Source: an uncultured Acetobacteraceae bacterium (GTDB lineage Bacteria; Pseudomonadota; Alphaproteobacteria; Acetobacterales; Acetobacteraceae). From it: a stretch of 64,000 bases of DNA. The stretch lies in contig CAZTJC010000016.1 of the NCBI GenBank assembly GCA_964613945.1, positions 26,283 to 90,282 of the forward strand. Reading direction: 5' to 3'. The notes beneath the pieces are model-generated. The model did not search any database, was not told the DNA's origin, and saw only the letters and a program-made list of their open reading frames with translations. The translations under genes and the position numbers were made by a program. Shown piece after piece: positions 1 to 9,426 of this stretch (position 1 is the first letter of the stretch; each line of letters starts with the position of its first letter).

Positions 1-462
1 GCTGGAGGTGCCGAGATGCCGGTCCACCAGCGCGTCGTAGTCGGCACCGAACGCGGCCTCGCCGATGGCGATGACGAGACGGAGGTCCGTTACGCTCGCC
101 AGCACTGCGGCGGCATGGTCGGTGAATTCCGCGCCGCAGATCATGGCGCTCGCGCCGCTGGCGGCTGCGAGATAGGCGACCTCGTCCGGGGACTGGCGGA
201 AGTTGGCCGGCACCCACACGGCGCCGAGCCGGAAGCTGGCGAACATGCTCTCGAACATCTGGCTGCAGTTGCGGGACTGCACCAGGATCCGGTCGCCCTT
301 GCCGAGCCCGCTCGCCGCCAGCGCGGTCACCATCGCGTCGACCCGGCGGTCCATCTCGGCCCAGCTCCAGGACCGTTCGCCCCAGATCAGCGCCGGGTTG
401 TCCGGGTAGCGCCGGGCATTCTGTCGCAGGAAGTGCGACAGGTTCATGACCCGGCGGCTCAT
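1..462 (-). CDS. AMP-dependent synthetase/ligase (acyl-CoA synthetase), N-terminal part; 3' end runs off the window
   Basis: Own minus-strand translation; absent from the ORF track because there is no stop in the window. MSRRVMNLSHFLRQNARRYPDNPALIWGERSWSWAEMDRRVDAMVTALAASGLGKGDRILVQSRNCSQMFESMFASFRLGAVWVPANFRQSPDEVAYLAAASGASAMICGAEF. Typical fatty-acid-CoA ligase N-terminus. Alternative ATG at 447. Lies 38 nt downstream of the thiolase stop. Confidence 0.8.
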   Translation of the reverse strand, partial: MSRRVMNLSHFLRQNARRYPDNPALIWGERSWSWAEMDRRVDAMVTALAASGLGKGDRILVQSRNCSQMFESMFASFRLGAVWVPANFRQSPDEVAYLAAASGASAMICGAEFTDHAAAVLASVTDLRLVIAIGEAAFGADYDALVDRHLGTSS

Positions 463-500
463 CGGCGTCACGCCGCCTTTCGGCGGCGCGACAGCGGTGG

Positions 501-1670
501 TCAATGGGCGCGCTCCAGGATGGAGACATAGTTGGCGACCGCGGCACCGCCCATGTTGAACACACCACCGATTTCCGCCTTCGGCAGCTGCATGGCCCCG
601 GCCTCGCCGGCGAGCTGCATGGCGGTAATGACATGCATGGAGACGCCGGTGGCGCCGACCGGGTGTCCCTTCGCCTTCAGCCCGCCGGAGCGGTTGACCG
701 GCAGCTTGCCGTCGGCGGCGGTCCAGCCCTCGAGCACGGCGCGGGCACCCTGGCCGGGGGCGGTCAGGCCCATCGCCTCGTATTCGATTAGCTCGGCAAT
801 GGTGAAGCAGTCATGCGTCTCGACGAAGGACAGATCCTCCAGGGTTAGCCCGGCGGTCGCCAGCGCCTGCTTCCAGGCAACCGCGCCGCCCTCGAAGCTG
901 GTCGGGTCGCGGCGCGACAGCGGCAGGAAGTCGCTGACATGGGCGGCAGCGCGGAAACGGATGGCGCGCGGCATCGACTTGGCCGTCTCGTCGTCGGCCA
1001 GGATGAGAGCGGCCGCACCATCGGAGACGAGCGAGCAATCCGTCCGCTTCAGCGGGCCGGCGACGTAGGGGTTCTTGTCGGACACGTTGCGGCAGAAATC
1101 GAAGCCGAGATCCTTGCGCATCTGTGCGTAGGGATTGTCGACGCCGTTCTTGTGGTTCTTGGCGGCGATCGCGGCGAGGGCGTCGGACTGGTCGCCCCAG
1201 CGCTGGAAGTAGGTCTCGGCGATGCGGCCGAACACGCCGGCGAAACCGCCCTGGATGTCGGCCTCTTCGCGGCGGTAGCTCGCGCCAAGCAGGATGTCGC
1301 CGACCTGCGGCCCGGGGGTCGCCGTCATTTTCTCGACGCCGATGACCAGAGCGATGCGCCCGCGCCCGGCAGCGATGAAGTCGCGCGCGGCATATACGGC
1401 GCTGGAGCCGCTGGCGCAGGCGTTCTCGTAGCGGGCGGCGGGCTTGAAGCGGAGGTCCGGCACCGACTGCATCGGCAAGGAGGAGGGGAATTCCTGCTTG
1501 GAGAAGCCGCCGTTGAAGTTACCGACGAACACCGCGTCGACGTCGGAGGCCTGCAGCCCGGCATTCTCGATCGCGGCGGCAGCGACGCGGGCGATGAGCG
1601 CCTCCGCGTCCGGGTCTTCCAGCTTGCCGAACGGGCTATGCGACCAGCCGACGATGTTTGCTTCGCTCAT
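501..1670 (-). CDS. thiolase-family protein (SCP2/lipid-transfer-type thiolase-like)
   Basis: 389-aa ORF. Nucleophile region YENACASGSSAVYAA and C-terminal GHPVGATGV are typical of thiolase-fold enzymes. Same strand as, and just upstream of, the acyl-CoA ligase. Confidence 0.85.
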   Translation of the reverse strand: MSEANIVGWSHSPFGKLEDPDAEALIARVAAAAIENAGLQASDVDAVFVGNFNGGFSKQEFPSSLPMQSVPDLRFKPAARYENACASGSSAVYAARDFIAAGRGRIALVIGVEKMTATPGPQVGDILLGASYRREEADIQGGFAGVFGRIAETYFQRWGDQSDALAAIAAKNHKNGVDNPYAQMRKDLGFDFCRNVSDKNPYVAGPLKRTDCSLVSDGAAALILADDETAKSMPRAIRFRAAAHVSDFLPLSRRDPTSFEGGAVAWKQALATAGLTLEDLSFVETHDCFTIAELIEYEAMGLTAPGQGARAVLEGWTAADGKLPVNRSGGLKAKGHPVGATGVSMHVITAMQLAGEAGAMQLPKAEIGGVFNMGGAAVANYVSILERAH

Positions 1671-1789
1671 GCTACTTACGCCTCTCCATTCTGACGCCAG
1701 GAATACTCGGCGTTCTCTCGTTCTGCTGCGTGCCCACCGGGACCGTTAAAGGGATGGCGAGCCGCTTCGGTTTAGATTAGGACACCGTC

Positions 1790-2278
1790 ATGGCCAAATC
1801 ACCAGGTACGCCCAAGGCAAAGACAGCCGCGCCGGCGCAATTCGACATGAACAGCCGCGAGCGGAAAGGCGGCAAAGGTGGGCCGGGAGGCCCTGGCCGC
1901 GGCCGGGACCGCGACGACAAGCGGCCGCCCAGCCGGATCGAGAGCCTGCCGCCGACGCTGGTCGACCGCGGCGAAGGCTGGGTCATCAAGAAGATCGGCA
2001 AAATCGATCAGGCGTCGCACGCTCCCGCCGGTGCCGAATATCAACTGGTCTTCGAGGGCCATGATCCGTTGATCTTCAACTTCCTGGGTGCTGCTCGCGA
2101 GCGCTCCAAGGAGCCGCCGCCGGAGAAGCCGCAGGTCCAAGAGGCCGCGGCACCAGAGGCCTCGGCTGACGAGACTCCTGCCGACGAAACCCCGGCAGAC
2201 GAGGCCTCGGCCGACGCAGTGGCCGAGGAGCACGCCGAAACCGGGCACGGCGCGGAAACGCCGAGCCAGGCCACCTAA
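1790..2278 (+). CDS. hypothetical protein (basic Gly/Arg-rich N-terminus, acidic repeat C-terminus)
   Basis: 162-aa ORF with G/C-ending codons like its neighbours. No family recognised. The central block EGWVIKKIGKIDQASHAPAGAEYQLVFEGHDPLIFNFLG looks globular. Confidence 0.6.
   Translation: MAKSPGTPKAKTAAPAQFDMNSRERKGGKGGPGGPGRGRDRDDKRPPSRIESLPPTLVDRGEGWVIKKIGKIDQASHAPAGAEYQLVFEGHDPLIFNFLGAARERSKEPPPEKPQVQEAAAPEASADETPADETPADEASADAVAEEHAETGHGAETPSQAT
2165..2224 (+). repeat. four tandem 15-nt units inside the CDS encoding ADETP-ADETP-ADEAS-ADAVA
   Basis: The units are gctgacgagactcct / gccgacgaaaccccg / gcagacgaggcctcg / gccgacgcagtggcc, read directly from the sequence. Confidence 0.7.
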
Positions 2279-2793
2279 CCCAGAAGCGGGACTTCACCCA
2301 GGAAGTCCCGCTTCCCGACCGCCAGCCCGTTGTGACGCAGGATGTTGAATGCGGTCGTCACATGGAAATAGAAATTCGGCAGCATCCAGCCGTAGATATA
2401 TTCCGGCGCCATCATCGCCATCGCCCGCTTGGCGACGCTGAACTCAATGTGGCGATCGGCGGCGGCGTCGATGGCTTCGTGATCGAGCGACTTCAGGAAC
2501 TCGATGCAGCGCGCGATACGGGCCTGAAGCTCCTCAAAGCTGGTTTCGACATCCGGGAACGAGGGATACTCCACCCCCGCCAGCCGCGCACCGCCGACCT
2601 TGGCGCCATCCGTGGCGATCTGCACCTGCCGCACCAGCGGCAGCATGTCGGGATACAGGCGGGACTGTAGCAGCACCGCCGGATCGATCTTGCGATCCGC
2701 TGCGTCGGCTGCCGCCTTGTTCAAGATGCCGGACAGGGCCGTGAGCGATTGTAGGCAAGGGGCAATCGACGCTTGGTATAGAGACATGGCCAT
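2275..2793 (-). CDS. DUF1993 domain-containing protein
   Basis: 172 aa. The overall pattern (MSLYQASI..CLQSL..L..IL.KA ... FHVTTAFNILRHNGLAVGKRDFLG) matches my memory of the DUF1993 family. Its stop overlaps the convergent stop of 1790-2278 (CTAA). Confidence 0.8.
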   Translation of the reverse strand: MAMSLYQASIAPCLQSLTALSGILNKAAADAADRKIDPAVLLQSRLYPDMLPLVRQVQIATDGAKVGGARLAGVEYPSFPDVETSFEELQARIARCIEFLKSLDHEAIDAAADRHIEFSVAKRAMAMMAPEYIYGWMLPNFYFHVTTAFNILRHNGLAVGKRDFLGEVPLLG

Positions 2794-2913
2794 AGACGGG
2801 CTCCGATCTTTGGAAAGGCTGCCTTAGTCCAGGCTTCGCTGCTTGTCTGCCGCGGTTTGCTTGATGTCCAAACGGCCAGGCGCACATGAACCCTCGTTCG
2901 TATCGGATGAACC

Positions 2914-4113
2914 ATGTCTACCTCGACCGTCATTGTCCCGCCGCCACATCCGATGCTGACCCGGTTACGGCCACCGATGCTCGCCCTTCTCGGGCTGCTG
3001 GCCGTGAGTACGACCCGGGCACAGACGGCAGCGCCGCACGCGCCCAGCGTCAGCGTCGTGACCGCGACCGAGGGCAGCATCGCGGAGAACGTGGTGGTGA
3101 CGGGAACCCTGGTGCCGCGCGAGGAGGTGCTGGTGAGCCCGCAGCTGGAAGGCCTGGCGATCACGGAAGTGCTGGCGGAGGAGGGCGACCGGGTGGCGGC
3201 TAATCAGGTGCTGGCGCGGTTGTCGCGCGAGGTGCTAGACGCCTCGGTGGCGCAGAACGCCGCGCAGGTGTCGCGTGCCGAAGCCGCGGTCGCGCAGGCG
3301 CGATCGACCATCACCGAGAACCAGGCCAACCGCGTGCAGGTGGACCTGGCGCTGGCGCGGACGCGGGAGTTGCTGGCCAACGGCAACGCATCGCGCGAGA
3401 CCTTCGAGCAGCGGCAGGCAGCCGCCTCGATGATGGGAGCCCGCACCGAAGCGAGCCAGAATGCGTTGCACGGGGCCGAAGCGGATTTGGCGTTGACGCG
3501 CGCGCAGGCGGTAGAGCTGCAGGTAAGGTTGGCGCGTACGAGCATCCGCGCACCGGTGGCCGGGATCGTCAGCCGGCGGACGGCGCGGTTGGGCGCGGTG
3601 GTGGCCGGTGCCGGCGATCCGCTGTTCCGCATCATCCAGGATGGCGCGATCGAGTTGGAGGTCGACGTTCCCGAGCTGCAATTGGCCAAGCTCCGCATCG
3701 GGCAGGCGGCGCAGGTGGAAACTGCGGGCGGGCCGCGGCGCGGTACGGTGCGGCTGGTGTCGCCCGAGGTGAACCGGGCGACCCGGCTGGGCCGGGTGCG
3801 GGTCGCGGTGGAGGGCAACGAGGGCCTGGTAATCGGCAGCTTCGCGCGCGCGGTCGTGGAGACGGCCCGGCGGCAAGGTGTGCTGACGCCGCTCTCGGCC
3901 ATCCTGTTCCAGCCCGGCGGCGCCGTGGTGCAGGTCGTGCGCGATGGCGTGGTGGAGACCCGGCCGGTGCAGGTCGGGTTGCGCAACGGGCTGCAGGCGG
4001 AGATCGGCCAGGGGCTGGCGGCCGGTGAGAGCGTCGTGTCGGTGTCGGGCACTTTCGTGCGGGGCGGCGACAAAGTGACGCCCGTGGCCGTGCCGGCCGG
4101 CGGCGCCCGATAA
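2914..4113 (+). CDS. efflux RND transporter periplasmic adaptor (MFP/HlyD-like) subunit
   Basis: 399 aa. N-terminal signal/anchor MLALLGLLAVSTTRAQ, a coiled-coil-rich middle and a beta-barrel C-terminus typical of RND adaptors. Its stop overlaps the RND pump start (TAATG). The start could be the internal Met at 2953. Confidence 0.88.
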   Translation: MSTSTVIVPPPHPMLTRLRPPMLALLGLLAVSTTRAQTAAPHAPSVSVVTATEGSIAENVVVTGTLVPREEVLVSPQLEGLAITEVLAEEGDRVAANQVLARLSREVLDASVAQNAAQVSRAEAAVAQARSTITENQANRVQVDLALARTRELLANGNASRETFEQRQAAASMMGARTEASQNALHGAEADLALTRAQAVELQVRLARTSIRAPVAGIVSRRTARLGAVVAGAGDPLFRIIQDGAIELEVDVPELQLAKLRIGQAAQVETAGGPRRGTVRLVSPEVNRATRLGRVRVAVEGNEGLVIGSFARAVVETARRQGVLTPLSAILFQPGGAVVQVVRDGVVETRPVQVGLRNGLQAEIGQGLAAGESVVSVSGTFVRGGDKVTPVAVPAGGAR

Positions 4114-7100
4114 TGGCGTGGAACATCTCCGGGGCGGCGATCCGCAAGCCGATTCCGCCGCTGGTGCTGTTCGTGGTGCTGACGCTGGTGGGGATCATCT
4201 GCTTTCGGATGCTGCCGATTACCCGGGCGCCGAACGTCGACATCCCGGTCGTCGCGGTCACGGTGACGCAGCAGGGTGCGGCGCCGGCGGAGCTGGAGAC
4301 GCAGGTTACCAAGAAGATCGAGGATGCCGTGGCCAACGTCACCGGCGTCAAGCACCTGACCAGCACCGTGACCGACGGCAGCAGCCAGACGGTGATCGAG
4401 TTGCGGCTGGAGGTCAGCAGCGACCGCGCGCTGAACGACGTGCGCGACGCCGTGTCCAAGATCCGCACGGACCTGCCGCGCGGCATCGACGAGCCGATCA
4501 TCGAGCGGATCGATGTGGTGGGGCAGTCGATCCAGACCTTCGCGGTGACGGCGCCGGCGATGACGCTGGAGCAGTTGAGCTGGTTCGTCGACGACGTGGT
4601 GCTGCGCGACCTGCAGGGGGTGGCGGGCGTTGGCCGGGTCGAGCGGATCGGCGGCGTGACGCGGGAAGTGCGGGTGAACCTGGATCCGGACCGCATGGCG
4701 TCGCTGGGCATTACGGCGGGCGCGGTGAACGCGCAGTTGCGGGCCACCAGCGCCGACATGTCGGGCGGGCGCGGCGAGCTGGGGGGACAGGAGCAGACGA
4801 TCCGCACGCTGGCCGGCGCGCGCACGCTGGGCCAGCTGGAGCAGACGCAGATCGTGCTGCCGGGCGGGCGGGCGGTGCGGTTGACCGATCTCGGAACGGT
4901 GGAGGACACCTACGAGGAACCGCGCAAGTTCGCGCGGATGGACGGCACCACGCCGGTAGTGAGCTTCGCGATCTACCGGGCCAAGGGCGCTAGCGACGTC
5001 ACGGTGGCCGACGCTGTGGCCGCCAAGCTGAAGACGCTGGGGGCGGCGCATCCGGATGCGAGCTTCACGCTGATCGATGACGGGGTGCGGGCGACACGCG
5101 GCAGTTTCCTGTCGGCGATGCACAGCCTGATCGAGGGCGCGGTGCTGGCGACGCTGGTGGTGCTGCTGTTCCTGCGCGACTGGCGGGCGACGCTGCTGTC
5201 GGCGGTGGCGCTGCCGCTGTCGATCATCCCGGCCTTTGCGGCCATGGAGATCATGGGGTTCTCGCTGAACTTCGTCAGCCTGCTGGCGATCACGCTGGTG
5301 ACCGGCATTCTGGTGGACGACGCCATCGTCGAGATCGAGAACATCGTGCGGCATATCCGCATGGGCAAGCGGCCCTACGACGCGGCAATCGAGGCGGCCG
5401 ACGAGATCGGCCTGGCGGTGATGGCGATCACCTGCACCATCGTCGCGGTGTTCGCGCCGGTCAGCTTCATGGGCGGCATCGCCGGGCAGTATTTCAAGCA
5501 GTTCGGCCTGACGGTGGCCGCCGCCGTGATCGCGTCGCTGCTGGTGGCGCGGCTGATCACGCCGTTGATGGCGGCCTACCTGATGAAGCCGACCGGGCAT
5601 CACGAGGTGCAGGACGGGGCCATCATGCGGGGCTACACGCGGTTCCTGCGCGGCACGCTACGGTGGCGTGGTGTCACCTTGCTGTTCGGGCTGTTGGCGT
5701 TCGGCCTGTCGATCTGGTCGACCACGCTGCTGCCGACCGGGTTCATCCCGCCGGCCGATCAGAGCCGGGTGACGCTGTCGCTCGAGTTACCGCCGGGCTC
5801 GACGCTGGACGACACGCGCGGGGTCACCGACCGGATCGCCGGGTCGTTCCGGCAGATCCCGGAAGTGACCACGGTGTTCGTGGTGGGCGGCACGACGCCG
5901 ACGGGGGTGTCGCCAGAGATCCGCCGGGCGTCGATGATCGTCAATTTGGTGCTGAAGGATCGGCGGACGCGGACGCAGAAGCAAATCGAGCAGGAGTTGA
6001 CGGCCCGGCTGGCGGACATCCCCGACGTGCGCGGCTGGTTCGTCAACGACCGCGGCGAGCGGGAGCTGTCGCTCACTATCCTGGGCGACGACCCGGTGGC
6101 CCTGTCGGCCGGCGTCGCCACCATGGAGAGCGCGATGCGACGGCTGCCGGGGTTCGGCAACGTGGCGCCATCCGCCGGGTCGGACCGGCCGGAGATCCGC
6201 GTGACACCGCGGCTGGACGAGGCGGCTCGGTTCGGCGTGAGCACGGAGGCGATCAGCGACACGGTGCGCATCGCCACCATCGGCGACGTCAACGCCAACC
6301 TGGCCAAGTTCCGCGACGGCGACCGGCTGATCCCGATCCGGGTGCAATCTCGCCTCCAGTTGCGGACGGATCTGGCGGAGATCGCGGCGCTGCCGGTGGT
6401 GGGCAGCACCGGGCTGGCGGTGCCGCTGCTGGCGGTGGCCGATCTCGGCTTGGGGCAGGGCCCGGCCAGCATCGAGCGCTACGACCGGGTGCGGCGGGTC
6501 GTGCTGGGGGCGGATCTGGCGCGCGAGCTGGCGCTGGGGGCGGCTATCCAGCAATCGACGAATCTGCCGGAGGCGAAATCCCTTCCGCCCGGCGTGCGGG
6601 TGCAGTCGGGCGGTGACGCCGAGATCATGGGTGAGGTGTTCGCCGGTTTCGCCTTGGCGATGGGCGCCGGGCTGACGATCGTGCTGGCGGTGCTGGTGCT
6701 GCTGTTCGGCAGCGTGTTCCAGCCCATCACCATCCTGTTGAGCCTGCCGCTGTGTCTGGGCGGCGTGATCCTGGCGCTGCTGGTGACGGGGCAGCCGATC
6801 AGCATGCCGGTAGTGATCGGCATCCTGATGCTGATGGGCATCGTGACCAAGAACGCCATCATGCTGGTGGATTACGCCATCGAGCGGCGGGCGGAGGGGG
6901 TGCCGCGCAGCGAGGCGATCCTGGATGCCGGGCGCAAGCGGGCACGGCCGATCATCATGACGACCATCGCCATGGTGGCGGGCATGCTGCCGAGCGCGCT
7001 GGGCGTGGGCGATGGCGGCGAGTTCCGCGCGCCGATGGCGATCGGGGTGATCGGCGGGCTGATCGTCTCGACGCTGCTGAGCCTGGTGTTCGTGCCGAGC

Positions 7101-7235
7101 TTCTACACGGTGATGGACGATCTTTCCGGCTGGTTCGTCCGGCGCGGTGCCCGGTTGCTGACGCCGCAACAGGCGGCCGTGACGACCGAGCCACGCCTGC
7201 CGGGAGAAAGCCGGGCTGCGTCGCCGGCGGAATAG
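4113..7235 (+). CDS. efflux RND transporter permease (AcrB/AcrD/AcrF family)
   Basis: 1040 aa. The N-terminus AAIRKPIPPLVLFVVLTLVGIICFRMLPI, 12-TM-type hydrophobic blocks and two large periplasmic loops are the classic HAE-type RND architecture. Confidence 0.93.
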   Translation: MAWNISGAAIRKPIPPLVLFVVLTLVGIICFRMLPITRAPNVDIPVVAVTVTQQGAAPAELETQVTKKIEDAVANVTGVKHLTSTVTDGSSQTVIELRLEVSSDRALNDVRDAVSKIRTDLPRGIDEPIIERIDVVGQSIQTFAVTAPAMTLEQLSWFVDDVVLRDLQGVAGVGRVERIGGVTREVRVNLDPDRMASLGITAGAVNAQLRATSADMSGGRGELGGQEQTIRTLAGARTLGQLEQTQIVLPGGRAVRLTDLGTVEDTYEEPRKFARMDGTTPVVSFAIYRAKGASDVTVADAVAAKLKTLGAAHPDASFTLIDDGVRATRGSFLSAMHSLIEGAVLATLVVLLFLRDWRATLLSAVALPLSIIPAFAAMEIMGFSLNFVSLLAITLVTGILVDDAIVEIENIVRHIRMGKRPYDAAIEAADEIGLAVMAITCTIVAVFAPVSFMGGIAGQYFKQFGLTVAAAVIASLLVARLITPLMAAYLMKPTGHHEVQDGAIMRGYTRFLRGTLRWRGVTLLFGLLAFGLSIWSTTLLPTGFIPPADQSRVTLSLELPPGSTLDDTRGVTDRIAGSFRQIPEVTTVFVVGGTTPTGVSPEIRRASMIVNLVLKDRRTRTQKQIEQELTARLADIPDVRGWFVNDRGERELSLTILGDDPVALSAGVATMESAMRRLPGFGNVAPSAGSDRPEIRVTPRLDEAARFGVSTEAISDTVRIATIGDVNANLAKFRDGDRLIPIRVQSRLQLRTDLAEIAALPVVGSTGLAVPLLAVADLGLGQGPASIERYDRVRRVVLGADLARELALGAAIQQSTNLPEAKSLPPGVRVQSGGDAEIMGEVFAGFALAMGAGLTIVLAVLVLLFGSVFQPITILLSLPLCLGGVILALLVTGQPISMPVVIGILMLMGIVTKNAIMLVDYAIERRAEGVPRSEAILDAGRKRARPIIMTTIAMVAGMLPSALGVGDGGEFRAPMAIGVIGGLIVSTLLSLVFVPSFYTVMDDLSGWFVRRGARLLTPQQAAVTTEPRLPGESRAASPAE

Positions 7236-7330
7236 CGGCTGATCGGGACGTCATGACCGCTTGAACTCGGCAGGCCGTCACCCAATCCTCTGCACCGCGC
7301 CATCGCATGGGCGCTCTTCGGAGAAATGTT

Positions 7331-7801
7331 ATGCCAAATCAGGAAATCGTCGCTCTCACGGGCACCGTTCAGCACGTGTTCGCCCATCGCTTCACCGTTG
7401 AAGCGAACGGCACCGTTCATCTCGCCGATCTTACCCCCAAGGGGGTGGAGCATTTTCCGCTCTCCATCGGTTTGCCCGTGACCCTGGAGGGCGAGCGTCG
7501 CCCGTCGGAAATCAAGGTCACCAAGATTGCGTCGGCGGGTCGAGAGCCGATCCGCATCCAGCACAAGAAGCCGCAGCACCAGCCCAAATCCGATCACGTG
7601 GCGGACCCGGCAACCGCGCTGGCCGCGGTGGGTTCGGCTGGATGGACGGTGAAGGGCGAGCCCCGTCGCAAGCCCAAGCATGTCGAGATCCTGGCCCGCA
7701 AGGGTGACGGAGCTTGGACCGAGCTACATGTCGACTACGCCGGCAGCGTCACCAAGACCAAGGACGCCGATCACGAAAAATGGGGCATCGACCCCGTCTA
7801 G
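7331..7801 (+). CDS. hypothetical protein (possible PepSY-like C-terminal half)
   Basis: I take the ATG at 7331, which has GGAGA 7 nt upstream; the track ORF starts at 7307. The C-terminal WTVKGEPRRKPKHVEILARKGDGAWTELHVDYAGSV resembles PepSY-type repeats. Weak assignment. Confidence 0.55.
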   Translation: MPNQEIVALTGTVQHVFAHRFTVEANGTVHLADLTPKGVEHFPLSIGLPVTLEGERRPSEIKVTKIASAGREPIRIQHKKPQHQPKSDHVADPATALAAVGSAGWTVKGEPRRKPKHVEILARKGDGAWTELHVDYAGSVTKTKDADHEKWGIDPV

Positions 7802-7817
7802 CGGTCCGTAACGGCCG

Positions 7818-7845
7818 GGCGTCACGCTCAGACGAGCGTGGCGCC
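7818..7845 (+). terminator. GC-rich hairpin 17 nt after the stop of 7331-7801 (candidate terminator)
   Basis: gggcgtcacgctc-agac-gagcgtggcgcc forms a roughly 12-bp stem (one G.U pair) with a 4-nt loop. It is followed by ggttcgg, which is only a weak U-tract. Confidence 0.35.
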
Positions 7846-8087
7846 GGTTCGGTGCCGGTGCGCGGATGGCAAGAGACGGTGGGTGAGCGCAGAAGCATCG
7901 GTGAAAAGTTGGCGCCAGCATCGCGCCGATCGTGCTTCGAGGCGCGTTCTTGCCGTTTCCTTCATCGTTCTGGTAGCCGTCACATGGCGTGCCGCGGTTC
8001 CGGATGTAGCCGCGAGAGCCTGGTCTCCTGCAGCTTCTGGATTTCTACAATCCGTTCAGCCCCGCCAATCGTCGAATAGGGGTGTGG

Positions 8088-9422
8088 CTAAGGGCCTGCC
8101 TCCACCGCGGTCAGCGCGGCCTCGAACGATTGGAGGAACCGGTCGACGTGCTCGGCCGCGCACACCAGCGGCGGGCGGATCTTGAGCGTCGCCTCGTCGG
8201 CGCCGGCCGTGCTGATCAGCACGCCGTCATCGCGCATGAGGTTCACGATGTCCAATGCCGCGGCCCGGCGCGCCGCGGCAGTCTGACCTTCGGCCCCAAT
8301 ATCGACACCGAGGAACAGCCCGGTCCCGCGCACCGCCAGGATGCCGGGTCGCTTGCGACCGAGCGCCTCGATGCCGTCGCGCAGGCGGCGGCCGGTGGCG
8401 AGCGCGTTGGCCAGGATGCCGTCCCGCTGGATGATCGTCAGCACCGCGTCGGCGGTGGCGATGCCCACTGTGGTGCCGGCGAAGGTGTTGGAGTAGCGCG
8501 CCGTGGCGCCGAAGCCGTCCATCAACTGCTTGCGGCCGACCACGCCGCCGATCGGGAAGCCGTTGCCCATCGGCTTGCCCAGCGTCACCAGGTCGGGGAC
8601 CACGCCGTGCCGCTCGAAGCCCCACATGTGCTCGCCCATCCGGCCGAAGCCGGGCTGCACCTCGTCGGCGATGACGAAGCCGCCGGCCTCGCGCACGGCC
8701 GCTATCCCGCCGGCGATGAAGCCCGGCGGGTCGATCCAGACACCGTCGCTGGAGAAGATGCTGTCGAACAGCAAGGCGGCGACGCCGATACCGCGGCGTT
8801 GCAGATCGTGGATCGCGGCCCGCACCTGCGCCTCGAAATGCGCTGCCGCGGCGCCGTCCAGAACCCCGGCCGGGCCTGGCAGCGAGACCAGCCGCACGGC
8901 CGGGCTCAGCTTCACCAGCGCGCCGAGATTGGGCGATACGGCGGCGATGGCGGCGCTGGTGCCGTGATAGGCGTAGGACGACACGATCACGCCCGCGTTC
9001 CGGCTCGCCTGGGTGGCGATGCGCAGCGCCAGGTCGTTGGACTCGCTCCCCGTGCAGGTGAACACGACGCGGTTCAGTTCCCCCGGGAAGGTCGCGATCA
9101 GCCGTTCGGCGTAGTCGATCAGCCCGGACTCCAGGTATCGGCTGTTGGCATTGAGCCGGCCGGCCTGGCCCGCCATCGCCGCGACCACTTCCGGGTTGCA
9201 GTGTCCGAGCGAAGGAACGTTGTTGTAGAAGTCGAGATAGGCGCGCCCTTCGGGGTCGAACAGCCACATGCCCTCGCCGCGCACGAAGTGCACGGGGCGT
9301 CGATACTGCAGCCGGTAGGATGAGCCGAGCACGCGGTCCCGCCGCGCGATCATGCGCTCCATCTCGGGCGCCACGTCGGACTGACCGGCGACGTAACGGT
9401 TCGGCATCAGGTCGGTCGACAT
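8088..9422 (-). CDS. class-III PLP enzyme of the AGXT2L1/AGXT2L2 (phospho-lyase-like) subfamily
   Basis: Trimmed to MSTDLMPNRY (ATG at 9422), 5 nt after the upstream kinase stop. Motifs: YLDFYNNVPSLGHCNPEVV, NSRYL, GSESNDLALR, ADEVQPGFGRMG, LGKPMGNGFP. By memory these match ETNPPL/PHYKPL-type proteins. Confidence 0.8.
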   Translation of the reverse strand: MSTDLMPNRYVAGQSDVAPEMERMIARRDRVLGSSYRLQYRRPVHFVRGEGMWLFDPEGRAYLDFYNNVPSLGHCNPEVVAAMAGQAGRLNANSRYLESGLIDYAERLIATFPGELNRVVFTCTGSESNDLALRIATQASRNAGVIVSSYAYHGTSAAIAAVSPNLGALVKLSPAVRLVSLPGPAGVLDGAAAAHFEAQVRAAIHDLQRRGIGVAALLFDSIFSSDGVWIDPPGFIAGGIAAVREAGGFVIADEVQPGFGRMGEHMWGFERHGVVPDLVTLGKPMGNGFPIGGVVGRKQLMDGFGATARYSNTFAGTTVGIATADAVLTIIQRDGILANALATGRRLRDGIEALGRKRPGILAVRGTGLFLGVDIGAEGQTAAARRAAALDIVNLMRDDGVLISTAGADEATLKIRPPLVCAAEHVDRFLQSFEAALTAVEAGP

Positions 9423-9426
9423 CGGG

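Noticed and set aside
16-531. 171-aa plus-strand ORF at the left edge.
   Set aside because: It is antisense to a minus-strand reading frame that translates into a clean acyl-CoA ligase N-terminus. I prefer the ligase.
3204-5603. 799-aa minus-strand ORF antisense to the RND adaptor and pump genes.
   Set aside because: Its composition is Arg/His/Gln/Pro-rich low complexity. It lies entirely inside two well-supported plus-strand genes. This is the typical shadow ORF of high-GC DNA. The same reasoning applies to 3632-4909, 5787-7169 and other antisense ORFs here.
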